A stretch of 64,000 bases of DNA from Escherichia coli (GCF_013315695.1 NZ_CP054353.1), one strand, 5' to 3'; positions 44,441 through 58,921 are shown, counted from the first letter of the stretch. Notes: generated from the sequence alone by a model not told the origin. Made by a program: numbers and translations.

Positions 44441-45710
44441 GATCACGATAAATCTTGGAAGGGTTGCAAAATTGAATAAAATAGTGAGCAAAAGTGAAAT
44501 AAGGAACGTAATCCACAATGCTGGCTATATGATGATTACTCAGATAGCTTTATATGTTGCACCATTATTTATACTGAGTTATCTGTTAAAAACACTGGGG
44601 GTTGCACAGTTTGGTAATTATGCCTTAATACTATCAATCGTTGCATATTTACAGATTATAACGGATTATGGTTTTTCTTTTAGTGCAAGTCGTGCGATCT
44701 CACAGAATAGAGAGGACAAAGAATATATATCAAAAATTTATCTGTCAACTATGACTATCAAGTTGGCGATATGCGCTTTCTTATTCTTATTGCTCATGCT
44801 ATTTTTAAATCTTTTGCCTGTGCAAGCTGAATTAAAACAAGGAATATTATATGGATATCTTCTTGTAATAGGAAATACTTTCCAACCACAATGGTTTTTC
44901 CAAGGTATCGAAAAATTAAAAATCATAGCCCTTTCTAATGTTATATCAAGATGCGCCGCGTGTTTACTTGTATTTATCTATGTGAGGAATAGCGAGGATT
45001 TACAAAAAGCACTTTTAGTACAGTCACTTCCATTAGTAATTTCTGCGATTGGATTAAATATATTTATATTGAAATATATCAATATTATTTTTCCGGAAAA
45101 AAAATTATTTAAGGTAATTTTAAAAGAAGGTAAGGATTTTTTTCTTGCATCACTTTATTCTGTTATTCTCAATAATAGTGGCATTTTTCTATTAGGGATT
45201 TTTACTAATCCTGTTATTGTTGGTGTATATGCCGCCGCTGAAAAGATAGTCAAGGCCGTATTGTCGCTATTTACACCACTGACGCAAGCTATATATCCTT
45301 ATAATTGTCGTAAGTTTTCACTATCCGTATTTGACGGCATTGAGGCAGCAAAAAAAACTGGTATACCAATTATAATTTTAGCATTTATAGCTGCTGTTAT
45401 CGTTGCAATTACCTTACCTGTTGCAATCGACTATCTTAATTTTCCAAAAGAAACAATTTTTGTAGGTCAAATATTAAGTGCATGGATCTTTTTTGGTGTT
45501 CTTAATAATGTATTCGGCATTCAGATATTGAGTGCATCAGGAAGAAGTAAAATATATAGTAGGATGGTATTCGTATCAGCGCTTATAACATTACTTTTGA
45601 TTACTCTATTATTGCAGTTTTGTAACGCCACTGGAGTGGCATGTGCAATATTATTGGGTGAAATGTTCTTATCAATATTGTTACTTAAGCGATATAAAAA
45701 AATAATTTAA
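44424..45710 (+). CDS. wzx: O-antigen flippase Wzx (polysaccharide transporter family)
   Basis: Polytopic membrane ORF, AT-rich. Start uncertain: ATG 44424 overlaps rmlC; alternatives are TTG 44472 (after GGAAGGG RBS) and ATG 44529. Confidence 0.8.
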   Translation: MKCIVKITINLGRVAKLNKIVSKSEIRNVIHNAGYMMITQIALYVAPLFILSYLLKTLGVAQFGNYALILSIVAYLQIITDYGFSFSASRAISQNREDKEYISKIYLSTMTIKLAICAFLFLLLMLFLNLLPVQAELKQGILYGYLLVIGNTFQPQWFFQGIEKLKIIALSNVISRCAACLLVFIYVRNSEDLQKALLVQSLPLVISAIGLNIFILKYINIIFPEKKLFKVILKEGKDFFLASLYSVILNNSGIFLLGIFTNPVIVGVYAAAEKIVKAVLSLFTPLTQAIYPYNCRKFSLSVFDGIEAAKKTGIPIIILAFIAAVIVAITLPVAIDYLNFPKETIFVGQILSAWIFFGVLNNVFGIQILSASGRSKIYSRMVFVSALITLLLITLLLQFCNATGVACAILLGEMFLSILLLKRYKKII

Positions 45711-45719
45711 GGAATAGTT

Positions 45720-46847
45720 ATGAAGAAGTTATTATTAGTGTTCGGTACTAGGCCTGAAGCAATAAAGATGGCCTCTATCATTGAATTATTAAAAAAAGAT
45801 TGTAGATTCGAATATAAAATATGTGTGACAGGCCAACATAAAGAGATGCTTGATCAAGTTATGCAAGTATTTGATGTTAAACCTGATTATAATTTACGGA
45901 TTATGCAGCCTGGGCAAACATTAGTATCTGTAGCAACAAATATACTCTCACGGTTAAGTGAAGTTTTAATTATAGAAAAGCCAGATATTATACTTGTGCA
46001 TGGGGATACAACGACTACCCTTGCTGCTACTTTAGCTGGGTATTACCACCAAATAAAAGTTTGTCATGTGGAAGCAGGATTAAGAACAGGGGATATTTAC
46101 TCTCCTTGGCCTGAAGAGGGCAATCGTAAAGTTACAGGGGCATTAGCATGTATTCATTTCGCCCCAACAGAGAGATCAAAAGATAATCTCCTGAGGGAGG
46201 GTGTCAAAGTAAATAATATATTTGTAACGGGTAATACCGTCATCGACTCTTTATTTATTGCAAAAGATATCATAGATAATGACCCTAATATAAAGAACGC
46301 TTTACATAATAAATTTAATTTTCTTGATAAAAGCCGACGAGTAGTACTTATAACAGGTCATCGAAGAGAAAATTTCGGGAAAGGTTTTGAAGATATATGC
46401 TTTGCAATAAAGGAATTAGCTTTCATTTATCCTAATGTAGATTTTATTTATCCGGTGCATCTTAATCCCAATGTAATGGAACCAGTACATCGTATATTAG
46501 ATAATATATGTAATATTTACCTTATTGAGCCCTTGGATTATTTGCCTTTTGTTTATTTAATGAATGAGTCATATTTAATATTGACTGATTCAGGGGGGAT
46601 ACAAGAAGAAGCGCCTTCGTTAGGTAAACCGGTTTTGGTTATGCGTGATACTACTGAACGCCCTGAGGCGGTTGAGGCTGGTACTGTTGTATTAGTGGGG
46701 ACTTCTAAGATAAAAATAGTAAATAAAGTAACGGAGCTATTAAACAATGCTGATATCTACAATGCTATGTCTCTGTTACATAATCCATATGGCGATGGAA
46801 CAGCTGCTCAAAAAATTCTTAATGTGCTCGCCCAAGAGCTAATTTAA
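45720..46847 (+). CDS. UDP-N-acetylglucosamine 2-epimerase (non-hydrolysing), WecB/MnaA-like
   Basis: 375-aa ORF MKKLLLVFGTRPEAIKMASII...HVEAGLRT...; typical 2-epimerase signatures. Confidence 0.85.
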   Translation: MKKLLLVFGTRPEAIKMASIIELLKKDCRFEYKICVTGQHKEMLDQVMQVFDVKPDYNLRIMQPGQTLVSVATNILSRLSEVLIIEKPDIILVHGDTTTTLAATLAGYYHQIKVCHVEAGLRTGDIYSPWPEEGNRKVTGALACIHFAPTERSKDNLLREGVKVNNIFVTGNTVIDSLFIAKDIIDNDPNIKNALHNKFNFLDKSRRVVLITGHRRENFGKGFEDICFAIKELAFIYPNVDFIYPVHLNPNVMEPVHRILDNICNIYLIEPLDYLPFVYLMNESYLILTDSGGIQEEAPSLGKPVLVMRDTTERPEAVEAGTVVLVGTSKIKIVNKVTELLNNADIYNAMSLLHNPYGDGTAAQKILNVLAQELI

Positions 46848-46861
46848 TTTAAGCTAAAAAT

Positions 46862-47926
46862 ATGTTATTAATTATTGCTGATTATCCAAACGAAATGAAT
46901 ATGCGCGAGGGAGCTATGCAACGAATAGATGCGATAGACTCTCTCATTCGAGATCGCAAGCGAGTGTATTTGAATATTTCATTCAAAAAGCATCTAGTTC
47001 GCTCAAATAGTTCCTTTAATAATGTTATAGTTGAAAATCTAAATGCAATTATTCACAGAAACATCATAAAACAGTACATGCAAAAATCAACAACTATATA
47101 TGTTCATTCTGTTTATAATTTATTAAAGGTTATAACGCTCATTGATCTAAAAAAAACAATTCTTGATATACATGGTGTTGTACCGGAAGAACTTTTGGCA
47201 GATAATAAAAAATTACTTAGTAAAGTATATAACATGGTGGAAAAAAAAGGTGTCCTTGGATGCAAAAAATTAATACACGTCAGTACAGAAATGCAAAAAC
47301 ACTATGAAGCAAAATATGGAGTAAACTTGGCTGAAAGGTCAATAGTGCTCCCGATTTTTGAATATAAAAATATAACCCAATCGCAAAACAAATGGACAGA
47401 AAATAAAATACGAAGTATCTATCTTGGAGGATTACAAACATGGCAAAATATTGATAAAATGATTCAAATTTGTGATGACACAGTGATAAACAATGAAGCA
47501 GGTAAGTATGAATTCAACTTTTTCATCCCACAGAGTAACTTGGAAGGGTTTATAGATAAATATTCGTTAAAATTACATAATATCAATGCTAATGCATCTA
47601 CGCTATCACGTGATGAAGTAATTCCCTTTCTAAAAGAATGTCATATTGGTTTTGTATTGCGCGATGATATAATAGTAAACAGAGTTGCGTGCCCTACAAA
47701 ATTGGTTGAATATTTAGAGTGTGGTGTCGTTCCAGTTGTGCTCTCCCCACTTATAGGTGATTTTTATTCGATGGGATATCAATACATTACTACAGAGGAA
47801 ATGGCTAACAGAAGTATAAGTTTGTTGGATCTTGAAAAAATGGCTGCACATAATTTACAAATTTTGACTTCTTATCAGAAGAGAACCTACAAGGCACAGA
47901 AAGAACTTATTGCTCAACTGTGCTGA
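46862..47926 (+). CDS. Putative O-antigen glycosyltransferase (family not resolved)
   Basis: 354-aa AT-rich ORF inside the O-antigen cluster; no firm family call from sequence alone. Confidence 0.55.
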   Translation: MLLIIADYPNEMNMREGAMQRIDAIDSLIRDRKRVYLNISFKKHLVRSNSSFNNVIVENLNAIIHRNIIKQYMQKSTTIYVHSVYNLLKVITLIDLKKTILDIHGVVPEELLADNKKLLSKVYNMVEKKGVLGCKKLIHVSTEMQKHYEAKYGVNLAERSIVLPIFEYKNITQSQNKWTENKIRSIYLGGLQTWQNIDKMIQICDDTVINNEAGKYEFNFFIPQSNLEGFIDKYSLKLHNINANASTLSRDEVIPFLKECHIGFVLRDDIIVNRVACPTKLVEYLECGVVPVVLSPLIGDFYSMGYQYITTEEMANRSISLLDLEKMAAHNLQILTSYQKRTYKAQKELIAQLC

Positions 47927-47977
47927 ATTTTTTACATATATAAAATTATGTAAGCATATCGCGGGTCAGGTAATTGT

Positions 47978-48982
47978 ATGCGTATCAAATATAAAGATAA
48001 CGGTTATATATTATGTTTTCTATTATGTTTCATTTTGAGCTACTTAGTTTTACTCAAATCTGACTACTTTCCTGCTGATTTTCTGCCATATACAGAAATA
48101 TACGATGGGACATACGGAGAAATCAATAATATTGAGCCTGCCTTTTTATATTTAACACGGTTGTTTCATTATTTAAATTTCCCCTATATATTTTTTGCAA
48201 TGTTAGTTTGTGCCTTATGTTTAAGTTGGAAAATAAAATATGCAAGAAAAATAATTAAAGATAGTTATATATATTTATTCTTGTATGTATATGTATCATT
48301 TTATGTGTTTTTGCATGAAATGACTCAATTGCGCATAGCAATTGCAGTCACTATGTGCTATGTGTCGGTTTATTATTACTTTTATAAAAATTGTATTAAA
48401 CATGCACTGCCATGGATGGTGTTGGCTATTTTGTTTCATTACAGCGCCTTGCTTTTATTTATGTCATTATTTATATACAGTTATAGGAGGTTATTAATAG
48501 TAATTATAGGGTTTGTAATATGTATGAGCTTTTTAAACGTGTATGCAGATACAATTGCACTATATTTGCCAAATGAAAAAATAGTAAATTATTTATATAG
48601 TATTTCATCATCATTAGACAATAGAAATGATTTGGCAATATTCAACCTGAATAATATAATATTTTTATCAATATTTATTTTGATCTTTTATCTTAGCCGA
48701 TATATAAAATTAAATGATAATGAGGCGAAGTTTATTAAGTATGTGCAATGTTCAGGAATATTAGCCTTTTGTATTTTCTTTCTGGCTAGTGGAGTCCCGG
48801 TCATTGCTTATCGAACTGCAGAGTTGCTGCGAATATTTTATCCGATGGCTTTAGTATTAATCCTTTCGCATATAAAAAATAATAATATGCGTTATTTTAT
48901 TGCAGTCATTATAGTTATCCTTTCAGGCTTAATGTTGTTTATAACACTAAGGGCTGTATCAATAGTTGGTCAAGGATTATAA
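47978..48982 (+). CDS. wzy: Putative O-antigen polymerase Wzy (EpsG-like multi-pass membrane protein)
   Basis: 334-aa highly hydrophobic, Phe/Tyr/Leu-rich, very AT-rich ORF; position and composition typical of wzy. Confidence 0.7.
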   Translation: MRIKYKDNGYILCFLLCFILSYLVLLKSDYFPADFLPYTEIYDGTYGEINNIEPAFLYLTRLFHYLNFPYIFFAMLVCALCLSWKIKYARKIIKDSYIYLFLYVYVSFYVFLHEMTQLRIAIAVTMCYVSVYYYFYKNCIKHALPWMVLAILFHYSALLLFMSLFIYSYRRLLIVIIGFVICMSFLNVYADTIALYLPNEKIVNYLYSISSSLDNRNDLAIFNLNNIIFLSIFILIFYLSRYIKLNDNEAKFIKYVQCSGILAFCIFFLASGVPVIAYRTAELLRIFYPMALVLILSHIKNNNMRYFIAVIIVILSGLMLFITLRAVSIVGQGL

Positions 48983-48983
48983 A

Positions 48984-49943
48984 ATGAATGTTGCTATTTT
49001 GTTGTCTACGTATAATGGCGAAAAATATTTAGAGGAACAACTGGATTCATTGCTGCTTCAAAGTTATCAGGATTTTGTAGTGTATATCCGTGATGACGGA
49101 TCATCTGATAGAACTGTAAATATAATAAACCAATACGTAATGAAAGATAACAGATTTATTAACGTGGGTAATTCAGAAAATCTTGGTTGTGCTGCTTCGT
49201 TTATTAATTTATTAAGAAATGCTTCAGCCGATATTTATATGTTTTGTGACCAAGATGATTATTGGCTTCCGAATAAATTACAGCGTGCTGTGGATTATTT
49301 TTCGGCTATTGATCCTTTACAACCTACCTTGTATCATTGCGATCTAAGCGTTGTTGATGAAAAACTTAATATTATACAAAATTCATTTTTGCAGCATCAG
49401 AAAATGTCAGCGTATGATTCAATGAGAAAAAATAATCTTTTCATACAAAATTTTGTTGTTGGTTGTTCATGTGCTGTTAATGCTTCACTTGCGGAATTTG
49501 TTCTTTCGCGAATTGGAGAGCAGCATGTAAAAATGATAGCTATGCATGACTGGTGGTTAGCCGTGACTGCAAAACTTTTTGGTCGAATCCATTTTGATAA
49601 TACTCAAACGATTCTTTATCGACAACATCAGGGCAATGTATTAGGTGCAAAATCATCAGGTATGATGCGTTTTATTCGATTAGGATTAAATGGGCAAGGG
49701 ATTTCGCGAGTAGTATCTTTTAGAAAAAAAGTTTGTGCGCAAAATAAGCTTCTTTTAGATGTCTATGATAAAGATTTAAATCTTGAGCAAAAAAAATCTA
49801 TCAGGCTTGTAATTGAGGGCCTTAAAGAGAACTCTTCAATTGCTGACCTTTTAAAATGTTTCTATCATGGTAGCTATATGCAAGGTTTTAAACGTAATCT
49901 TGCCTTAATATATTCAGTTCTTTACACAAAAAAAAGAAGATAG
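48984..49943 (+). CDS. Family 2 glycosyltransferase (rhamnosyltransferase-like)
   Basis: ORF track starts at 48966; ATG 48984 gives MNVAILLSTYNGEKYLEEQLDSLLLQSYQDFVVYIRDDGSSD, classic GT2 N-terminus. Confidence 0.8.
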   Translation: MNVAILLSTYNGEKYLEEQLDSLLLQSYQDFVVYIRDDGSSDRTVNIINQYVMKDNRFINVGNSENLGCAASFINLLRNASADIYMFCDQDDYWLPNKLQRAVDYFSAIDPLQPTLYHCDLSVVDEKLNIIQNSFLQHQKMSAYDSMRKNNLFIQNFVVGCSCAVNASLAEFVLSRIGEQHVKMIAMHDWWLAVTAKLFGRIHFDNTQTILYRQHQGNVLGAKSSGMMRFIRLGLNGQGISRVVSFRKKVCAQNKLLLDVYDKDLNLEQKKSIRLVIEGLKENSSIADLLKCFYHGSYMQGFKRNLALIYSVLYTKKRR

Positions 49944-49952
49944 TGTATCCTT

Positions 49953-51017
49953 ATGAAAAAAATTGCTATTATCGGTACTGTTGGCATACCAGCATCATAT
50001 GGCGGATTTGAAACATTAGTTGAAAATTTAACAAGATACAATTCCTCGGGAGTTGAATATAATGTTTTTTGTTCATCGTTTCACTACAAATCCCACCAAA
50101 AAAAACATAATGGGGCCCGTTTAATTTATATTCCGCTTAAAGCCAATGGATGGCAGAGCATTGCGTATGACATAATTTCGTTAGCATATTCTATTTTTTT
50201 GAAGCCTGATGTGATTCTGATTTTAGGGGTTTCTGGTTGTTCATTTTTGCCTTTCTTCAAACTCTTAACACGCGCTAAGTTTATTACTAATATTGATGGC
50301 CTGGAATGGCGAAGAGATAAATGGAATTCAAAAGTGAAACGTTTCTTAAAATTTTCAGAAAAAATCGCAGTTCAATATTCGGATGTCGTTATTACGGATA
50401 ATGAGGCAATTTCTGAGTACGTTTTTAACGAGTATAATAAAGATAGCCGAGTTATTGCCTATGGAGGGGATCATGCATGGTTAAATACTGAGGATGTATT
50501 TACAACAAGAAATTATAAAAGCGATTACTACCTTTCTGTATGTCGTATCGAACCCGAAAACAATGTAGAATTAATTTTAAAAACATTTTCAAAGCTAAAA
50601 TATAAAATAAAATTTATTGGAAATTGGAATGGCAGCGAGTTTGGAAAGAAACTTAGGCTGCATTATTCTAACTATCCAAATATTGAAATGATTGATCCGA
50701 TTTATGATCTTCAACAATTATTTCACTTACGAAATAATTGCATAGGATATATACATGGTCATTCGGCTGGAGGAACAAACCCTTCTTTAGTCGAGGCAAT
50801 GCATTTTAGTAAACCTATATTTGCATATGATTGTAAGTTTAATAGGTACACTACTGAAAATGAAGCATGTTATTTTTCTAATGAATCTGACCTCGCAGAG
50901 AAAATCATAATGCATTGTGAGCTATCATTAGGTGTCTCTGGCACGAAAATGAAAGAAATTGCTAACCAGAAATACACTTGGAGACGAATAGCAGAAATGT
51001 ATGAGGATTGCTATTAA
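49953..51017 (+). CDS. Family 1 (GT4-type) glycosyltransferase
   Basis: 354-aa ORF MKKIAIIGTVGIPASYGGFETLVENL..., typical of O-antigen GT1 enzymes. Confidence 0.8.
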   Translation: MKKIAIIGTVGIPASYGGFETLVENLTRYNSSGVEYNVFCSSFHYKSHQKKHNGARLIYIPLKANGWQSIAYDIISLAYSIFLKPDVILILGVSGCSFLPFFKLLTRAKFITNIDGLEWRRDKWNSKVKRFLKFSEKIAVQYSDVVITDNEAISEYVFNEYNKDSRVIAYGGDHAWLNTEDVFTTRNYKSDYYLSVCRIEPENNVELILKTFSKLKYKIKFIGNWNGSEFGKKLRLHYSNYPNIEMIDPIYDLQQLFHLRNNCIGYIHGHSAGGTNPSLVEAMHFSKPIFAYDCKFNRYTTENEACYFSNESDLAEKIIMHCELSLGVSGTKMKEIANQKYTWRRIAEMYEDCY

Positions 51018-51121
51018 CTCTGTTAAACTTCAAATCTTTTACAATATATGGCATGACTATAAGCGCATTAATTGTTTTTCAAGCCGCTCTCGCGGTGACC
51101 ACCCCCTGACAGGAGTAAACA

Positions 51122-52528
51122 ATGTCAAAGCAACAGATCGGCGTCGTCGGTATGGCAGTGATGGGGCGCAACCTTGCGCTCAACATCGAAAGCCGTGGTT
51201 ATACCGTCTCTATTTTCAACCGTTCCCGTGAAAAGACGGAAGAAGTGATTGCCGAAAATCCAGGCAAGAAACTGGTTCCTTACTATACGGTGAAAGAGTT
51301 TGTTGAATCTCTGGAAACGCCTCGTCGCATCCTGTTAATGGTGAAAGCAGGTGCAGGCACGGATGCTGCTATTGATTCCCTCAAACCATATCTCGATAAA
51401 GGTGACATCATCATTGATGGTGGCAATACCTTCTTCCAGGACACCATTCGTCGTAACCGTGAACTTTCTGCCGAAGGCTTTAACTTCATTGGTACCGGTG
51501 TCTCCGGTGGTGAAGAAGGCGCGCTGAAAGGTCCTTCTATTATGCCTGGTGGGCAGAAAGATGCCTATGAACTGGTTGCACCAATCCTGACCAAAATCGC
51601 CGCAGTAGCTGAAGACGGGGAGCCATGCGTTACCTATATTGGTGCCGATGGCGCAGGCCATTATGTGAAGATGGTTCACAACGGTATTGAATACGGCGAT
51701 ATGCAGCTGATTGCTGAAGCCTATTCTCTGCTTAAAGGTGGCTTGAACCTTTCCAACGAAGAACTGGCGCAGACCTTTACCGAGTGGAATAACGGTGAAC
51801 TGAGCAGCTACCTGATTGACATCACTAAAGACATCTTCACTAAAAAAGATGAAGACGGTAACTACCTGGTTGATGTGATTCTGGATGAAGCGGCTAACAA
51901 AGGTACCGGTAAATGGACCAGCCAGAGCGCGCTGGATCTCGGTGAACCGCTGTCGCTGATTACCGAGTCTGTGTTTGCACGTTATATCTCTTCTCTGAAA
52001 GATCAGCGTGTTGCCGCATCTAAAGTTCTCTCTGGCCCGCAAGCGCAGCCAGCAGGCGATAAAGATGAGTTCATCGAAAAAGTTCGCCGTGCACTGTATC
52101 TGGGCAAAATCGTTTCTTACGCTCAGGGCTTCTCTCAACTGCGTGCGGCGTCTGAAGAGTACAACTGGGATCTGGACTACGGCGAAATCGCGAAGATTTT
52201 CCGTGCTGGCTGCATCATCCGTGCGCAGTTCCTGCAGAAAATCACCGATGCTTATGCCGAAAATCCGCAGAGCGCTAACCTGCTGCTGGCTCCGTACTTC
52301 AAGCAAATCGCCGATGACTACCAGCAGGCGCTGCGCGATGTCGTCGCTTACGCGGTACAGAACGGTATCCCGGTTCCGACCTTCGCCGCTGCGGTTGCCT
52401 ATTATGACAGCTACCGCGCCGCTGTTCTGCCTGCGAACCTGATCCAGGCACAGCGTGACTATTTCGGTGCGCATACTTATAAGCGCATTGATAAAGAAGG
52501 TGTGTTCCATACCGAATGGCTGGATTAA
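51122..52528 (+). CDS. gnd: 6-phosphogluconate dehydrogenase (decarboxylating)
   Basis: 468-aa [45 protein letters not shown]..., recognised as Gnd. Confidence 0.97.
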   Translation: MSKQQIGVVGMAVMGRNLALNIESRGYTVSIFNRSREKTEEVIAENPGKKLVPYYTVKEFVESLETPRRILLMVKAGAGTDAAIDSLKPYLDKGDIIIDGGNTFFQDTIRRNRELSAEGFNFIGTGVSGGEEGALKGPSIMPGGQKDAYELVAPILTKIAAVAEDGEPCVTYIGADGAGHYVKMVHNGIEYGDMQLIAEAYSLLKGGLNLSNEELAQTFTEWNNGELSSYLIDITKDIFTKKDEDGNYLVDVILDEAANKGTGKWTSQSALDLGEPLSLITESVFARYISSLKDQRVAASKVLSGPQAQPAGDKDEFIEKVRRALYLGKIVSYAQGFSQLRAASEEYNWDLDYGEIAKIFRAGCIIRAQFLQKITDAYAENPQSANLLLAPYFKQIADDYQQALRDVVAYAVQNGIPVPTFAAAVAYYDSYRAAVLPANLIQAQRDYFGAHTYKRIDKEGVFHTEWLD

Positions 52529-52556
52529 TCTGATTTAATCAACAATAAAATTGAGG

Positions 52557-52586
52557 CCCGGCGTATATTATGCCGGGTTTTTTTTA
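52557..52586 (+). terminator. Rho-independent terminator after gnd
   Basis: Hairpin CCCGGC-GTATATTAT-GCCGGG followed by T9. Confidence 0.75.
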
Positions 52587-52766
52587 CCAATTATCTTATA
52601 GACTAAATTTCACTGCTTAATATTAACTTAATAAATATCAGCTATTCTTATAAAGAAATTCTGAATTGTTTTTCGTTGCGTTGACCATCTTACAACGTAG
52701 CGTTAAAACTTTTAACTCTTATCAGGATGCTAAAAACATCATGATTCACAGTTAAGTTAATTCTGA

Positions 52767-53942
<1,176 letters not shown>

Positions 53943-53951
53943 CATCCTGTT

Positions 53952-53983
53952 ATCAGGGCTATTTACGCCCTGATTGTCTTTTG
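53952..53983 (+). terminator. Putative rho-independent terminator after ugd
   Basis: Hairpin ATCAGGGC-TATTTAC-GCCCTGAT followed by a T-rich tract. Confidence 0.6.
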
Positions 53984-54087
53984 TTACTTGCGTAACAATT
54001 CATTATTTTTATCAATTATCCTATAGCATTCATGAGGATTATCGCTAAACTATGCGGACTTGGAAATTTCCGTCAGTTAGGGTAATG

Positions 54088-55068
54088 ATGAGAGTAGAAA
54101 ATAATAATGTTTCTGGGCAAAACCATGACCCGGAACAGATTGATTTGATTGATTTACTAGTGCAGTTGTGGCGTGGCAAGATGACAATCATCATTTCCGT
54201 CATTGTGGCTATTGCCCTGGCTATTGGATATTTGGCAGTAGCGAAGGAGAAATGGACGTCAACAGCAATTATCACTCAGCCCGATGTGGGGCAAATTGCT
54301 GGCTATAACAATGCCATGAATGTTATCTATGGTCAGGCTGCACCGAAAGTATCGGATTTGCAGGAGACGTTAATTGGTCGCTTCAGTTCTGCCTTCTCTG
54401 CATTAGCAGAAACGCTGGATAATCAGGAAGAACCAGAAAAACTTACCATCGAACCTTCTGTTAAGAACCAGCAATTACCATTGACTGTTTCTTATGTTGG
54501 GCAAACTGCAGAGGGCGCACAAATGAAGTTGGCCCAATACATTCAGCAAGTTGACGATAAAGTGAATCAAGAGTTAGAAAAGGATCTCAAGGACAACATT
54601 GCTCTGGGACGGAAAAACTTGCAGGACTCTTTAAGAACGCAGGAAGTGGTTGCGCAGGAGCAGAAAGATCTGCGTATCCGTCAGATTCAGGAAGCGTTGC
54701 AGTATGCGAATCAGGCGCAGGTGACAAAACCGCAGATTCAACAGACTGGCGAAGATATCACACAAGATACGTTGTTCCTTTTGGGGAGCGAAGCGCTGGA
54801 GTCGATGATTAAGCATGAGGCGACCCGTCCGTTGGTGTTCTCACCAAACTACTATCAGACTCGTCAAAACCTGCTTGATATCGAAAGCTTAAAGGTTGAT
54901 GATCTTGATATTCATGCTTACCGCTATGTAATGAAACCGACGTTACCTATTCGTCGTGATAGCCCGAAAAAGGCAATTACCTTGATTCTGGCGGTGCTGC
55001 TGGGTGGCATGGTTGGCGCGGGGATTGTGCTGGGGCGTAATGCTCTACGCAATTACAACGCGAAGTAA
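54088..55068 (+). CDS. wzzB: O-antigen chain length determinant (polysaccharide co-polymerase) WzzB
   Basis: ORF track starts at 54052; trimmed to MRVENNNVSGQNHDPEQIDLIDLLVQLWRGK..., 326 aa. Confidence 0.95.
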   Translation: MRVENNNVSGQNHDPEQIDLIDLLVQLWRGKMTIIISVIVAIALAIGYLAVAKEKWTSTAIITQPDVGQIAGYNNAMNVIYGQAAPKVSDLQETLIGRFSSAFSALAETLDNQEEPEKLTIEPSVKNQQLPLTVSYVGQTAEGAQMKLAQYIQQVDDKVNQELEKDLKDNIALGRKNLQDSLRTQEVVAQEQKDLRIRQIQEALQYANQAQVTKPQIQQTGEDITQDTLFLLGSEALESMIKHEATRPLVFSPNYYQTRQNLLDIESLKVDDLDIHAYRYVMKPTLPIRRDSPKKAITLILAVLLGGMVGAGIVLGRNALRNYNAK

Positions 55069-55090
55069 TCTTTTCGGTTTTAAAGAAAAA

Positions 55091-55122
55091 GGGCAGGGTG
55101 GTGACACCTTGCCCGTTTTTTT
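55091..55122. terminator. Bidirectional rho-independent terminator between the convergent wzzB and hisI
   Basis: Hairpin GGGCAGGGTGGTGACACCTTGCCC flanked by an A-run upstream and T8 downstream. Confidence 0.7.
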
Positions 55123-55163
55123 GCCGGATGCGGCAACAATATCGCATCCGCTTACCCCGCAAC

Positions 55164-55768
55164 TCACTGATGCCGTTTACGCAGGTTCTCAATTACCGTC
55201 GTTAAATCCAGCCCCTGATCCTGCAACAACACCAGCAGGTGATACATCAAATCAGATGCCTCGTTGGTCAGCTCAAAGCGGTCATGTACCGTCGCGGCCA
55301 GCGCGGTTTCCACGCCTTCTTCGCCTACTTTCTGCGCAATGCGTTTGGTGCCGCTGGCATACAGTTTGGCAGTGTAGGAGGTTTCCGGGTCGGCAGATTT
55401 ACGTTCGGCGAGCAGTTGTTCCAGTTGATACAGGAACAGCCACTGGTGAGCGGTGTCGCCGAAGCAGCTGCTGGTGCCTTTGTGGCAGGTTGGCCCGATG
55501 GGATTCGCCAGCACCAGTAACGTGTCGTTGTCGCAGTCCGGGGCAATACTCACCACATTGAGAAAATTGCCCGACGTTTCGCCTTTGGTCCACAGTCGCT
55601 GTTTAGTGCGCGAGAAGAAGGTGACTTTGCCGCTTTCGAGGGTTTTGTCCAGAGCTTCCGGGTTCATATAGCCCAGCATTAGCACTTCGCCGGATACCGC
55701 ATGTTGCACAATCACCGGCATCAGTCCGTCGGTTTTTTCCCAGTCCAGTTCGCGACGTTGTTGTTCTG

Positions 55769-55775
<7 letters not shown>
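55164..55775 (-). CDS. hisI: Bifunctional phosphoribosyl-AMP cyclohydrolase / phosphoribosyl-ATP pyrophosphatase
   Basis: 203-aa [29 protein letters not shown]..., recognised as HisI(E). Confidence 0.96.
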
Positions 55776-57853
<2,078 letters not shown>

Positions 57854-57854
<1 letters not shown>

Positions 57855-58920
57855 TACAGCACTCCTTTCGACGAGGGCAGGGTGTCGCCTTCCACGCGGA
57901 TGGCCTGGCGTAGGGTGCGGCCAAACGCTTTGAACAGGCTCTCTACACGGTGATGATCGTTTTTACCTTTGGTTTTCAGGTGCAGCGTCACGCCCATGGT
58001 GTAAGAGAGTGAGCGGAAGAAGTGTTCGATCATTTCAGTGCTGAGATCGCCCACACGCTGGTAGGTAAATTCAGCTTTATATTCCAGATGCGGGCGACCA
58101 GAGATATCCAGCGCGCAGCGGGCAAGGCATTCGTCCATCGGCAGCACAAAACCGAAGCGGCAAATACCGCGTTTGTCGCCAAGAGCTATTTTTAACGCTT
58201 CGCCCAGCGCCAGACCGGTATCTTCGACGGTGTGGTGATCGTCGATATAGAGGTCGCCTTTGACGTTGATTTCCATACGGAAACCGCCGTGGGTAGCGAT
58301 CTGATCCAGCATGTGATCAAAGAAGCCAACGCCGGTGTTAATCTTGCTGCCACCTTCGCGATCCAGCCACACCTGGACGTCAATTTGCGTCTCTTTGGTG
58401 TTGCGCACTACATGGGCGTAACGGTCTCGTTTCGTGAGTTGCTCGCCAATCATCGGCCAGTTCAGGATTTCGCGGTCGTAGCGTAAACCATTAATGCCCA
58501 TGTTTTCAGCGAGTTGAATATCGGTCGCGCGATCGCCAATCACATAACTATTGGCACGATCCATCGCTTGCTCAGCGAGATAACGCTCCACCAGTTTTAC
58601 TTTCGGCTTACGGCAGTCGCACTCATCGGCGGGCAGGTGCGGACAAATCAGCACTTCATCAAACTGCACGCCTTGCGAGGTGAAGATCTGCATCATCAGG
58701 TTGTGCGGGCCATCAAAATCCGCCTGCGGGAAACTTTGTGTTCCCAGACCATCCTGATTAGTGATCATCACCAGCTTGTAGCCCGCTTTTTGCAGCTTCA
58801 GCAGCTCCGGGATCACGCCTGGTTCAAAGGCGAGTTTGTCAAAACGGTCCACCTGAAAATCACTCGGCGGTTCGCTAATCAGGGTTCCATCGCGATCGAT
58901 AAAAAGATACTTCTGACTCA

Positions 58921-58921
<1 letters not shown>
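57854..58921 (-). CDS. hisB: Bifunctional histidinol-phosphatase / imidazoleglycerol-phosphate dehydratase
   Basis: ORF track ends at 58924 ([15 protein letters not shown]...); second ATG gives the 355-aa form. Confidence 0.95.

Noticed and set aside
40595-51121. Expected K-12 rfb genes (glf, wbbH-L) and the IS5 insertion in wbbL
   Set aside because: Looked for because of the flanking synteny, but the sequence here encodes a different O-antigen gene set and contains no transposase or terminal inverted repeats.
51335-52510. 391-aa minus-strand ORF
   Set aside because: Antisense to gnd over nearly its whole length; no RBS and no recognisable family. Treated as a shadow ORF.
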